Shown: piece by piece, positions 47,522 to 56,493 of the stretch
How positions within the stretch are numbered: position 1 is the first letter of the stretch
Layout: every line of letters starts with the position of its first letter
Assembly: GCA_041489255.1 (NCBI GenBank)
Contig: JBGPQV010000011.1
Location: 3,528-67,527, forward strand
From: Thermoplasmata archaeon
Lineage (GTDB): Archaea; Thermoplasmatota; Thermoplasmata; RBG-16-68-12; JAFNFQ01
Length of the DNA stretch: 64,000 bases
Direction of reading: 5' to 3'
Translations under genes and position numbers: made by a program
The notes under the pieces: generated by a model
Databases searched by the model: none
Told to the model about the DNA's origin: nothing
Seen by the model: only the letters and a program-made list of their open reading frames with translations

Positions 47522-48164
47522 GCGACGACGGACCGGCGGCGGGAGGTCAAAACTTTTGTCCCGCCAGAATCCGAGATGATTCTCACCGATAACACGATGC
47601 ATCGCACGACGCCGGTTCGGCGGGTCCTCTGCCACTCCTTTTTACTTTCCGTTCTGATGGCGGGAGGCCGTATCCTTCCTTCCCTCCCTTAAAGTACGTC
47701 TGTGCGGCGGCTTTGGCGGTCATTTATGCTCCGAATCTGATCATCTGACGACCGATTTCGACTCTCTCACGACCGTCGCCGGACAGGTGCTAGCCTGCGG
47801 AAGCGAGATTCCTGTTCCGGAGGTCGGAGGCGGCCGTCAGGGCCTTTCTGACAATCTTCCATCGGACTCTTTCCGGCTCTCCGAGACCCGGTTCCGGCTC
47901 GCGGAGAACCGACGCAGACCGCCAGCGACCCGGTTCTGCCGCCGGGGGACGGCGACAGTTGACCGGGACTCACCGCACGCCGTCACCGGCGCGGTTCCGG
48001 CTCTCCGAGAGAGAGATACGGCGTGCGGGAGGTTACTTTCGAGGGCATGAACATCGGCTGTTCGCGGGGGAAGCTCAAGCATAGTGCCCCGCATGCCGCA
48101 ATCGTCGGGGAATCACCCGGCCTCGTTCGACTACTTCGTCACAGATTCCTTCCACGAAACGCCC

Positions 48165-48342
48165 CACTCCCACAGCCCCCTCGACCCACCGAGGAGCGAT
48201 GTCCCTCTTCCCGGCAATCGGATGAGCTGACTCAATCCCGCCTCCCTCACGTCTATCATCCATGCGCCTTGCCCCCCCCCCTCAGCCCGGGCGGAGGGTG
48301 GGAATCGCGGTTTCTCCAAGAAGGTGATCACTGGATTTGACA
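48165..48342 (-). mobile_element. Truncated second copy (right-end remnant, about 180 bp) of the same IS
   Basis: The segment ...CGGTTTCTCCAAGAAGGTGATCACTGGATTTGACA ends at the same ...GGATTTGACA boundary as the intact copy, with roughly 30 of 35 positions identical. Upstream of it is a degenerate transposase N-terminal coding fragment (MDDRREGGGIESAHPIAGKRDIAPRW against IDAMEGGVKSVYSIAKKWNITPQW). There is no flanking CTTCCCGCAGGATCGC repeat. Confidence 0.55.
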
Positions 48343-48402
48343 ATGATGATTTGGAACACAAGGATTATCTAGACCGTGGCACATATATGTCATATGACAA
48401 TT

Positions 48403-48696
48403 ATGTCAACCATATCCATTCCCAAGCAAATCATCGGTCCTGCCCCCGTTCTCACGACTCTCCATCAAATAGAGCTGATACTCAGAGACGCCGCCGCAAA
48501 GGACGCGGGGCCGTTGAGCCTCGCGGAGATCAAGAGGCGCATGCAGGCGAAGAGTGTGAGACATTTCACCGTTCGCACCTGCATCGACGAGCTGAAACGG
48601 TTGCACTTGGTGACTGAGGACGAGAAGAGGGGCGTGATGTGGACCCTCCATGAGGATCCGAAGTTCTGGCGCAAGAAGGGTCTGATCAAGCTCTGA
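48403..48696 (+). CDS. Small winged-helix DNA-binding protein, a putative antitoxin or regulator
   Basis: The 98-106-aa protein contains LSLAEIKRRMQAKSVRHFTVRTCIDELKRLHLV (a wHTH). The ORF-track start at 48376 would place the palindromic operator inside the coding region, so the ATG at about 48403 (MSTISIPKQ) or at about 48394 is preferred. Confidence 0.45.
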   Translation: MSTISIPKQIIGPAPVLTTLHQIELILRDAAAKDAGPLSLAEIKRRMQAKSVRHFTVRTCIDELKRLHLVTEDEKRGVMWTLHEDPKFWRKKGLIKL

Positions 48697-48724
48697 TTGT
48701 CTGTCACCCTCAGGAGGGATTCAA

Positions 48725-49021
48725 TTGCAGGAAATCGATGTTGTTGTCGATGAAGGTGAATTCCTCAAGGCGGGAGATATGCAGCGACGCGAGCTCCCCC
48801 AGTTGGCAAGGCGCCTGAAATCAGAACCTTTCCTCGGAGACCGCATCCCCCGCCGCCTCATGCCGAGGGAATTCAAAGGCCTGCCAAAACTGTTCCTCCT
48901 CGGACTCCCCGACGGCTGGCGGGCGCTCTGCACGGTGGCGAGCAATCCCTCAGAAGGCGCGCAGGTCAGGATATTGTGGATAGGTTCGCATTCCCGCTAC
49001 GATCGCCTTTTCGGATATTGA
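48725..49021 (+). CDS. RelE/ParE-superfamily toxin-like protein
   Basis: The 98-aa C-terminal region LPDGWRALCTVASNPSEGAQVRILWIGSHSRYDRLF resembles the RelE/ParE core (...GDYRVIY.V....V.IL.IGHR..Y). It lies 28 nt downstream of the wHTH gene. Confidence 0.45.
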   Translation: MQEIDVVVDEGEFLKAGDMQRRELPQLARRLKSEPFLGDRIPRRLMPREFKGLPKLFLLGLPDGWRALCTVASNPSEGAQVRILWIGSHSRYDRLFGY

Positions 49022-49033
49022 TGAAACCGAATA

Positions 49034-49696
49034 TTATCTCCATCCCTCGGCTCCTACCAGCGGCACGAATGCGCAAGGCGTGCCCCATCGTATGTCGACC
49101 TCTTCTGTCTCCAGCCTCGTCGCCACCGCCAATGTCTGATTGAACGTTGAGCTGCCTATCGGAGCGACGATTTTCCCGCCAACCTTCGCCTGCGCTATCC
49201 ATGACTTGGGAATCCTCGGAGCCCCCGCGGTCGCCATGATCAAGTCATACGGGGCCTCCGGCTCGTGACCGCGCGTCCCGTCCCCCATGATGACCTTCAC
49301 CTTGCCGTATCCCGTGCGCGTCAGGTTCCCGCCGCCCCATTCGACCAGCTCCGGGTACCTCTCGATGGTCAGCAGGTTCTCCTGCCCGACGAGCTCCGCG
49401 AGCAGTGCGGCGTTGTACCCCGAGCCGGTACCTATCTCGAGCGTCTTCATGCCGCGCCGAATCTCAGCCTCCTCCAGCATTATCGCGATCATGCTCGGGG
49501 CCGATATCGTCTGGCCGCAGAGGATCGGCAGCGGGTTGTCGGCGTAGGAATATCCTCGGTTGTCCTCGGTCACGAATTCCTCTCGCGGGACCGCCAGGAA
49601 AGCCCTCTCGACCTCAGCGCTCTTGATGTAGCCCTCCCTCTTCAGAGACTCGACGAGACGCTCTCTGCGAGTCTTGAAATCTGGAGGACCGCGCAT
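49034..49696 (-). CDS. pcm: Protein-L-isoaspartate O-methyltransferase
   Basis: Has LEIGTGSGYNAALLAELVG (motif I) and PIMT family conservation (YIKSAEVERAFLAVPREEF). Length is 220 aa. Confidence 0.85.
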   Translation of the reverse strand: MRGPPDFKTRRERLVESLKREGYIKSAEVERAFLAVPREEFVTEDNRGYSYADNPLPILCGQTISAPSMIAIMLEEAEIRRGMKTLEIGTGSGYNAALLAELVGQENLLTIERYPELVEWGGGNLTRTGYGKVKVIMGDGTRGHEPEAPYDLIMATAGAPRIPKSWIAQAKVGGKIVAPIGSSTFNQTLAVATRLETEEVDIRWGTPCAFVPLVGAEGWR

Positions 49697-49731
49697 AGCG
49701 GTGATTCAATCTCCCGCCATCTATTTAGAAT

Positions 49732-51003
49732 CTACATCAGGGAGACGAGCCAGAGCACCGCAGTCGCGGCGACGAGCGTGGCGGCAGCCACGAACAGCCC
49801 CGCCCTCACGAAATCCTTCATCCTGATCTGCACCCCTTGGCTGGAAGCGGACTGAGCGACGATCACGTTCGCGGCGGCACCGAGAATCGTCGCGTTCCCC
49901 GCCAGGGTGGACGATGCAGCGAGGGTCAGCCAAGCGACAGTGGTGTGCCCCGCGAAAGTAGTGCCGACCGTCGGCGAGAGCAGCAGCACCGCGGGGACGT
50001 TGCTGATCAGGTTCGACAGCAGCGCGCTGAGCCCGGAGAATCCCCAGAGCCCAGCGCCACCGCCGGTCGCGGACTGGAACCCGCCTATGATCGAGTCGAG
50101 GAGGCCCGACACCTCCACGCCCTTGAGCAGGATGAACAAACCGATGAAGAAGAGGAGGATAGACCAGTCGACGCGCTTGGTCAGCCCGTCATAGGTCGCC
50201 TTGGCGAAAAGCGGGAGGCATAGGAGGACCACCGCCCCGCCGATGAACGCGATGAGCGGGAGCCACTGCGGGTCAGTCGTGAGGAACGCGACAACCGCCC
50301 AGAAAAGGACGACGAGCACGAAGACGAGTCCGGTCTTCTGGATCATCGGTTTCCGGAGGGGGACGGCCGACTCCGGGCGGGAAATCGGGTTCGCCAGGTC
50401 CTTCCTGAATGCGAGCCAAGTGATCGGGATCGCGAGCGCGAGGCACATGGCGGTGATCGGGACCATGTAAGCGCTGTACGTCATGAACGGGATTCCGGAC
50501 GAGATGCCGATGAAGGCGTTCTGCGGGTTGCCGACCTCGGTGGCCACGCTCCCGACGTTGGCGGCGATAGCCTCTCCGACCAGGAATGGAACAGGTTTGA
50601 GGCCGAGGCTCCTGCAGCTCTTGATCACTATCGGCGTCATTAACAACACGATCGTGTCATTGAGCACGAGGGCGGACAAGACCGCTGTGGCAATCATGAG
50701 CATCGCGAGGAAGTGAGGGCCGCTGCGAGCCCGTGCCGCCGCCCGGATCGACACATAGTCGAAGAAGCCGCAGACTTCGAGGCCCGCCACCATGAGCATC
50801 ATGCCGAGCAGGAGCAGGATGACATTGAGATTGATCGACTGCATAGCTTGTGATGGGCTGACGATGCCGAACCCGACCATGAGCGCCGCGCCGAACAGCG
50901 CCACGGCGGGCATCTCGACGGAGACCCGCCCGATCCGCCTGACGGAAATCAGGACGTAGGTCAGCACGAAAATGATTGCGGCAGCGTACAGCGCGTACGA
51001 CAC
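49732..51003 (-). CDS. ArsB/NhaD-superfamily anion permease
   Basis: A multi-TM protein with an ArsB-like N-terminus (AAAIIFVLTYVLISV...PAVALFGAALMVGFGIV). The likely GTG start is near 51003, and the ORF-track extension to 51210 is non-membrane junk. Confidence 0.6.
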   Translation of the reverse strand: MSYALYAAAIIFVLTYVLISVRRIGRVSVEMPAVALFGAALMVGFGIVSPSQAMQSINLNVILLLLGMMLMVAGLEVCGFFDYVSIRAAARARSGPHFLAMLMIATAVLSALVLNDTIVLLMTPIVIKSCRSLGLKPVPFLVGEAIAANVGSVATEVGNPQNAFIGISSGIPFMTYSAYMVPITAMCLALAIPITWLAFRKDLANPISRPESAVPLRKPMIQKTGLVFVLVVLFWAVVAFLTTDPQWLPLIAFIGGAVVLLCLPLFAKATYDGLTKRVDWSILLFFIGLFILLKGVEVSGLLDSIIGGFQSATGGGAGLWGFSGLSALLSNLISNVPAVLLLSPTVGTTFAGHTTVAWLTLAASSTLAGNATILGAAANVIVAQSASSQGVQIRMKDFVRAGLFVAAATLVAATAVLWLVSLM

Positions 51004-51176
51004 GCTCCCGCGAACTCCATTGCGGCATATTGATTTCTCTCTGAGACTGATTCGCGAACACTTATATACCCCCCCAACTTTGGCCGCTGTACTTTGGCCT
51101 ATTCGGCCCTCTTTACTAGAGGGAGAAAGGCCACAAGTGACTAGGTTTCCAGCAGAGACTGGAGGAGTGAACAACA

Positions 51177-54100
51177 ATGAAGACCCCAGGAATGAGAACA
51201 TTCGGGGCACTTTTCCTAGTGCTCCTGTTCCTCATGGGAGCATGGGTAGTGCACCCCGAAGGGAGCGTGCAAGCGCAGCAGGGAAAGCCGATACAGGGAG
51301 TAATCGCTCAAGATGGCAACGTAACGATCGTCCCTGACGCGACTGTCACGCTCATCAACGTTCACTCTCTCGTCAACCTGACCGCAACGACCGGCCGGGG
51401 AAACGGGAAGCTGTACAAGTTCACCGATGCCACGCCTGGCTACTACTCCATCAAGGTCACCGCGAGCGGCTATTTCGATGGCGGTACCAAGCAGCCGTTC
51501 AGGTATGATGGATACACCCTGATCCAGCTGGACTTCAACCTGACGAAATGGCCGGACAGGAACAATAGTCTGGACGTGCTCGTCACCGATACATACCATA
51601 CAGCGCACAACGAAAGCGTCTACTTCCCGCGGTATAATGTCGCTGGCGAGGAGACGGTCACGACCTTTGTCCCGGATTACATAACCCTCGCCAACACGCC
51701 GGTCGTGCGGATAACGAGTCTGTACTTCACTGATTCCTACACAGGAGAGAAGAGGTTCCTTTTTTCAAATGAGTATCAATTCCCACCACCATACCAATGG
51801 AACGGACGCGTCAACATAACGAATTCCACTCTCGCGGGAAAGCTGGCGCAACAAGGCCCGATCTATTCCCTGACGGCCAAGTACATATACACAGCCACAA
51901 CCGGACAGCTCAATCACACCCCTGTCGCGGAAATGCCCTACATGGTTTTCAAGAACAGCAACGTCTGGGATCCGGTCAGCGGAGACTGGGACGTGGACAT
52001 CAACCTCGGCACGCTGACCATCAACAGGAACCTCGTCTGGGGCTCTGATAGCGTCTCGATGAGCTGGGACAGCACAGAAGGCCTTTCGGGCGCAAGAGTC
52101 ACCCTATATGAAACGGTCAGGAAGCAGGTCATCGACGGCCGGAACAGCAACGGCCAGGGTTGGGCGAACTTCAGCGTCTGGACCGGCAACTGGGAGGTCT
52201 GGGCATCCAAGGCGGACTACGAGACGACCGTGAAGCAGTTCGCCGTGCCGAGCAACCAGACCGTGAGAGTTGCGATGCCTTCCGGCATCTATGTGGACGG
52301 TTCCATCTCCGACAGAGTCATCGGCTTTCTGACCGATGACTCTAAGTTCCACGCTGTGGCCTACCTCTACAACATAAACCCGCTCACTCCACCTGTGAGA
52401 AAGGTGGTGAAAGCCACAGTCACCAAGGGCACCTTCACATTCGGGGCGTACCCGGGACAGTTCCTTCTCATCGTCGATGCTGACTGGCACAAGGCAAGCG
52501 TGACTCGATTGGACATCGGCACTGAGGGAATGACCGTACCGACCATCTACCTGGACGTCTCGATAGAGGAGAAGGTGGACGCCGTCATGGCCTTCAAGCA
52601 AGACAACTGGAGTCTCATGAGCGTCTACCAGAACTACACCCTCAACAGGGACAGCCAGATACCAGGCCTCGAACTGTCGTTCATCCGAGATGCGTTCCTG
52701 CAGATCGACTACGCTTTGGGAAACAGGGACGGGACACTGACCAGTGACGAGGTGAACAAGTTCGGCGCGTCTGTGCAGCAGAACGGCAGTTCGTACATCG
52801 ACACGGACGGACTCTTGACGACCAATGGCTACAAGTACCTCTCCAATGAAATCAGCGACATCAGCAGTGCCGACACGGAGTTCACAGCCACGCCCGACAT
52901 CGATTTGACTCAATCGAGGTCGCAGCCGATATGGATCAACACGACCACGCTCTACACAGTGAAAGACGTGTCCTATATCCCGTACATGAAGCCCCAGTAC
53001 TACGTGAACTTCACCGGCGCCTGGGACACCAACACCACCGTCTACCGCAATAACACGTACACAGTCGACCTGCCGCACCGCTACGAGATGACCTCCACGA
53101 CCTCCAAGAGCCCCGGCCTGGAAATCAAGAACTTCACGAGGATCGAACTCGACCCCGGGACAGGCACGGGCAACCCGACCGCCAACATGATAATCAAGCT
53201 CTCGGCGAACGGCACCGCCAGGGCGAGGGTCAAGGGTCCCGCGGGCAACTTCCAGGAGCTCAACACGAGCCTGGACAACTACACCGCGGTCGTCATGGCA
53301 TCGTACAACATCACCTACTCCGCCGACCAGAGCACGGACCCGATCGGTAAGATCTCCGACGCGAACTTCACGTGGTTCTTCGGCATCGCGGGCGATTACC
53401 GCTATGGCATGGACGCCGTCTACAACTACACGGCGGGTGGGCGGCACGACAACTGCATGCTCACGATCCGAGAGGCTGGCGGCAACATCACGACCAGACC
53501 GTTCCACTTAATCGTGGACGACACGCCACCAATCGCCCGCCTGTGGGCCAACAGGTCGGCCGGCGGTTCCACCGCGATCGCGAACGGCACGACGCTCAGG
53601 GTCAACGAGAGTGCGATGACCAGATTCGACTCGCTCAGGTCGATCGACAAGACGTACCTCAGCTACGACGGCAGCATCGCGAGCGCGCACTGGGACTTCA
53701 ACGGGGACGGCATCGAGGACGGTGTCCAGTCGCCGGGCAAGATAGTCAACCACAGCTTCGAGACTCCTGGAAACTTCACTCTGAAGATGTGGGTCTTCGA
53801 CTCGGTTGGCCACAGGTCGGTCAACGCGACGATGAATATCATCGTCAACGACACTACCCCGCCTAGCATCAACTTCGTCGTGTACGATTCCGCGACGGCG
53901 ACGACCCCGGTCACGCAGCTCACAGAGGGCATCCCGTACTTCTTCAATGCAACATCGAGCACGGACAATTACGACAGCCTCGCCAATCTCACCTTCACCT
54001 GGGACTTTGGCGACGGCTCCGCCAACATCACGGGATTAGGTCGAAACGGTGCCTACAACGTGACGCACATTTACGCCGTCTTCAACAACTCGTACAAGGT

Positions 54101-54746
54101 CAAGCTGAACGTCAGCGACACCGGCTTCTACCAGAACACGCCAAACTACGACGTGCTGACCAAAGATCTGACCGTGCAAGCCTCGATCACGAAGAGGCCG
54201 AGCATATCGATCAAGCTGGGTTCGTTCTCGGCCAACCCGAGCAACCCGGAGGAGGGCCAGGACGTCACGATCACCGTGACCGTGAACAACGACAAATCGC
54301 ACGGCCGCGCGTCGAACGTCGGCGTCAAACTCTCCGTGCGCACAGGCTCGACGTATTCCGAGGTCTCGATAAGCCCGAAGTTCCTCAACAACTCGGTCGA
54401 GGTCAACAACAGCCTCGAACCCGGGCAGGACAAGCAGATACGGTTCGTCTGGAAAGCCGACACGACAGGCTCGAGGAGCCTGAAGGTGACGGTGACGGAT
54501 CCGGAGGAGCCCTACACCTGGGCTGATGACAACAAAATCGAGGGCACCGTGAACGTCAAGGAAGCCGGCTGGAAGATGCCCCTGATCATCTTCGGGTTCA
54601 TCTTCGTCATCTTCGGCATACCGATCCTCTGGTATGTCATCAAGAGGATCAGGGCCGGAGAGTTGAAGCTGCCGAGGCGCAAGAAGGGCGAGGAAGGGGA
54701 GTCGAAGAAGGAAGAGGTCGAGAAGAAGGAGAAGAAGCGCCTCTAG
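51177..54746 (+). CDS. Giant sequon-rich surface protein (S-layer glycoprotein candidate): signal peptide, PKD-like and CARDB domains, a TM anchor and a Lys-rich tail
   Basis: Has a signal peptide (MRTFGALFLVLLFLMGAWVV). More than 35 N-x-S/T sequons were counted in 1189 aa. PKD-like segments are present (...WDFGDGSANITG...). A CARDB-like region is present (NPEEGQDVTITVTVNNDKSHGRASNVGV...NNSLEPGQDKQIRF). The C-terminal TM is MPLIIFGFIFVIFGIPILWYVI, followed by KRIRAGELKLPRRKKGEEGESKKEEVEKKEKKRL. Confidence 0.7.
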   Translation: MKTPGMRTFGALFLVLLFLMGAWVVHPEGSVQAQQGKPIQGVIAQDGNVTIVPDATVTLINVHSLVNLTATTGRGNGKLYKFTDATPGYYSIKVTASGYFDGGTKQPFRYDGYTLIQLDFNLTKWPDRNNSLDVLVTDTYHTAHNESVYFPRYNVAGEETVTTFVPDYITLANTPVVRITSLYFTDSYTGEKRFLFSNEYQFPPPYQWNGRVNITNSTLAGKLAQQGPIYSLTAKYIYTATTGQLNHTPVAEMPYMVFKNSNVWDPVSGDWDVDINLGTLTINRNLVWGSDSVSMSWDSTEGLSGARVTLYETVRKQVIDGRNSNGQGWANFSVWTGNWEVWASKADYETTVKQFAVPSNQTVRVAMPSGIYVDGSISDRVIGFLTDDSKFHAVAYLYNINPLTPPVRKVVKATVTKGTFTFGAYPGQFLLIVDADWHKASVTRLDIGTEGMTVPTIYLDVSIEEKVDAVMAFKQDNWSLMSVYQNYTLNRDSQIPGLELSFIRDAFLQIDYALGNRDGTLTSDEVNKFGASVQQNGSSYIDTDGLLTTNGYKYLSNEISDISSADTEFTATPDIDLTQSRSQPIWINTTTLYTVKDVSYIPYMKPQYYVNFTGAWDTNTTVYRNNTYTVDLPHRYEMTSTTSKSPGLEIKNFTRIELDPGTGTGNPTANMIIKLSANGTARARVKGPAGNFQELNTSLDNYTAVVMASYNITYSADQSTDPIGKISDANFTWFFGIAGDYRYGMDAVYNYTAGGRHDNCMLTIREAGGNITTRPFHLIVDDTPPIARLWANRSAGGSTAIANGTTLRVNESAMTRFDSLRSIDKTYLSYDGSIASAHWDFNGDGIEDGVQSPGKIVNHSFETPGNFTLKMWVFDSVGHRSVNATMNIIVNDTTPPSINFVVYDSATATTPVTQLTEGIPYFFNATSSTDNYDSLANLTFTWDFGDGSANITGLGRNGAYNVTHIYAVFNNSYKVKLNVSDTGFYQNTPNYDVLTKDLTVQASITKRPSISIKLGSFSANPSNPEEGQDVTITVTVNNDKSHGRASNVGVKLSVRTGSTYSEVSISPKFLNNSVEVNNSLEPGQDKQIRFVWKADTTGSRSLKVTVTDPEEPYTWADDNKIEGTVNVKEAGWKMPLIIFGFIFVIFGIPILWYVIKRIRAGELKLPRRKKGEEGESKKEEVEKKEKKRL

Positions 54747-54774
54747 CTTCCTCTCCATCTTTTCTTTTATTTCC
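54747..54774. terminator. T-rich intergenic tract between convergent genes, a candidate archaeal terminator
   Basis: The sequence CTTCCTCTCCATCTTTTCTTTTATTTCC lies between the stops at 54746 (+) and 54775 (-). Confidence 0.4.
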
Positions 54775-56493
54775 TCACATCTCAGCGGGAGCTCTAAGCC
54801 CGATGCAGTGCAGGGCGTTGCCGAGCACGGTCCTCGATATCTCGACGAGGGCGAGCCTCGTGCTCCTGAGCGGTTCCTCGGCCTGGAGCACCTGACAGTC
54901 GCGGTAGAAGATGTTGAAGTGCGATGCGGCCTCGTAGGCGTAGGAGGCGAGGAAATGCGGTCTCCGGCTCTCCGCGGCGACGGAGACGAGATGCGGGAAC
55001 TGCCCTAGAGTCTTCACGAGCCTCATCTCGCTCGGATGGGTCAGGGCGGACGGATCGGGAGTCCCGTGCCCTCCCGCCTTCGAGAGTATGCCGCACGTCC
55101 TGGCGTGGGCGTATTGGAGGAACGGGGCGCTGTTGCCCTCGAAATTCAAGGCCTCCTCCCACCTGAATACTATCTTCTTCTCCGGCTGCAGGCGGACGAT
55201 GTTGTACCGGAGGGCCCCTAGCCCGACTATTTCGGCGATCTCCTTGACCCTCTCCGGCGGGAGCTCAGGCCTCCTCTTCCTCACTTCCTCAGTAGCCCTC
55301 TCGACCAACTCGTCCGCGAGGTCGTCCAGCGAGACGACCCTTCCCGACCTCGTGGACATGCGGCCCTCGGGCAGGGCGACGAATGAATAGAACAGCGCCT
55401 CCGGGACTCCCGGCGCGCCTATGAGCTGCAAACCGACCTTGAGCTGCTGCTGCCCGAGCTTCTGGTCCTCGCCGAGGACGTTGATCGCGATGTCGCAGCG
55501 GTCGAACTTCGTCAAGTGGTAGGCGATGTCCCTCGTGGGGTAGAGGGTGGTGCCGTCCTTGCGCGTGAGAAACCACTTCGTGTTCTCGCCCTTGATGCCG
55601 TACGGCGCGAGGTCCAGGAAGAGGGCCCCGCCCTCGTCTAGGAACTTGTCGCGCAGCTTGTTCACAACCTGCCTCGCGCTCCCGCTCATTATCAGGTCGC
55701 TCTCCCAGTAGAAGCTGTCGATGTGAACGTCTATCCTGTCGAGGCTCTCGAGTATCCCTCTGAGGACTCTCTCCGCCACCGACCTGATCTCCCTCGTCAG
55801 GGCGACGTCGCCGCTCTCGAACCTCAGTATCATCTCGCTGATCTTCCTCTCGAGTTCCTCGTTGCCCTCGAGCAGCTCGTTCGCCTTCTGATAGTACTTG
55901 ACGAGGCGGAAGTCCTCCTTCTCCTTCTCCGGCGGCGGGACATCCTTGGGGTCTATGTTCTTAACGCCCCAGTAAAGCAGGACCATCTGGCGGCCGACGT
56001 CGTTCACGAGGTACTCGGTGCTGACCTCGTACCCCGCCATCCTCATGATGCGCGCCAGGGCGTCGCCGATTATCGGGTTCCTCGCCCGCCCTATGTGTAT
56101 GGGACCGGTCGGGTTCACGCTTGTATGCTCCAGGAGGACCCTCACCTTCTTCGGCGGGAGGCTGCCGTAGGAACCGCCAGCCGCCAAACCAGAATCGAGC
56201 ACCAGGCGGCTGAAAGCGCCCGTGTCCAGCCTCATGTTGACGTAGCCGCCGACCGCCTCGCTCGTCGCGATCAGCATACCCTTCGGCATCAGCGCTACGA
56301 GATCCTTCGCCACCTGGTCCGGGCCCTTCCTGAGCTGCTTCGCGTACGGGAAAGTCGCGAAAGCCAAATCCCCCCAGCCCTCCGGCGGGGTCTCCAAGGG
56401 GACCGGGATGTGCGCGACGCCCGCCGCGGCCTCCGCCTCCTTCCTCAGCTTCTCCGCCTCGTCGAGCACGGCGCCCCATGGGTCCGCGGTCAT
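54775..56493 (-). CDS. argS: Arginine--tRNA ligase
   Basis: The 572-aa protein starts at MTADPWGAVLDEAEKL. A HIGH-like motif is present (NPTGPIHIGRARN), as are the ArgRS catalytic and anticodon-binding domains. The start ATG overlaps the aRF1 stop by 1 nt (TGATG). The 861-aa ORF-track extension is an Arg-rich artefact. Confidence 0.85.
   Translation of the reverse strand: MTADPWGAVLDEAEKLRKEAEAAAGVAHIPVPLETPPEGWGDLAFATFPYAKQLRKGPDQVAKDLVALMPKGMLIATSEAVGGYVNMRLDTGAFSRLVLDSGLAAGGSYGSLPPKKVRVLLEHTSVNPTGPIHIGRARNPIIGDALARIMRMAGYEVSTEYLVNDVGRQMVLLYWGVKNIDPKDVPPPEKEKEDFRLVKYYQKANELLEGNEELERKISEMILRFESGDVALTREIRSVAERVLRGILESLDRIDVHIDSFYWESDLIMSGSARQVVNKLRDKFLDEGGALFLDLAPYGIKGENTKWFLTRKDGTTLYPTRDIAYHLTKFDRCDIAINVLGEDQKLGQQQLKVGLQLIGAPGVPEALFYSFVALPEGRMSTRSGRVVSLDDLADELVERATEEVRKRRPELPPERVKEIAEIVGLGALRYNIVRLQPEKKIVFRWEEALNFEGNSAPFLQYAHARTCGILSKAGGHGTPDPSALTHPSEMRLVKTLGQFPHLVSVAAESRRPHFLASYAYEAASHFNIFYRDCQVLQAEEPLRSTRLALVEISRTVLGNALHCIGLRAPAEM

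Noticed and set aside
47860-48015. Possible CRISPR array, given direct repeats of TTCCGGCTCTCCGAGA
   Set aside because: There are only 2-3 short (16-bp) imperfect copies with irregular spacing, and no cas genes. It is not a CRISPR.
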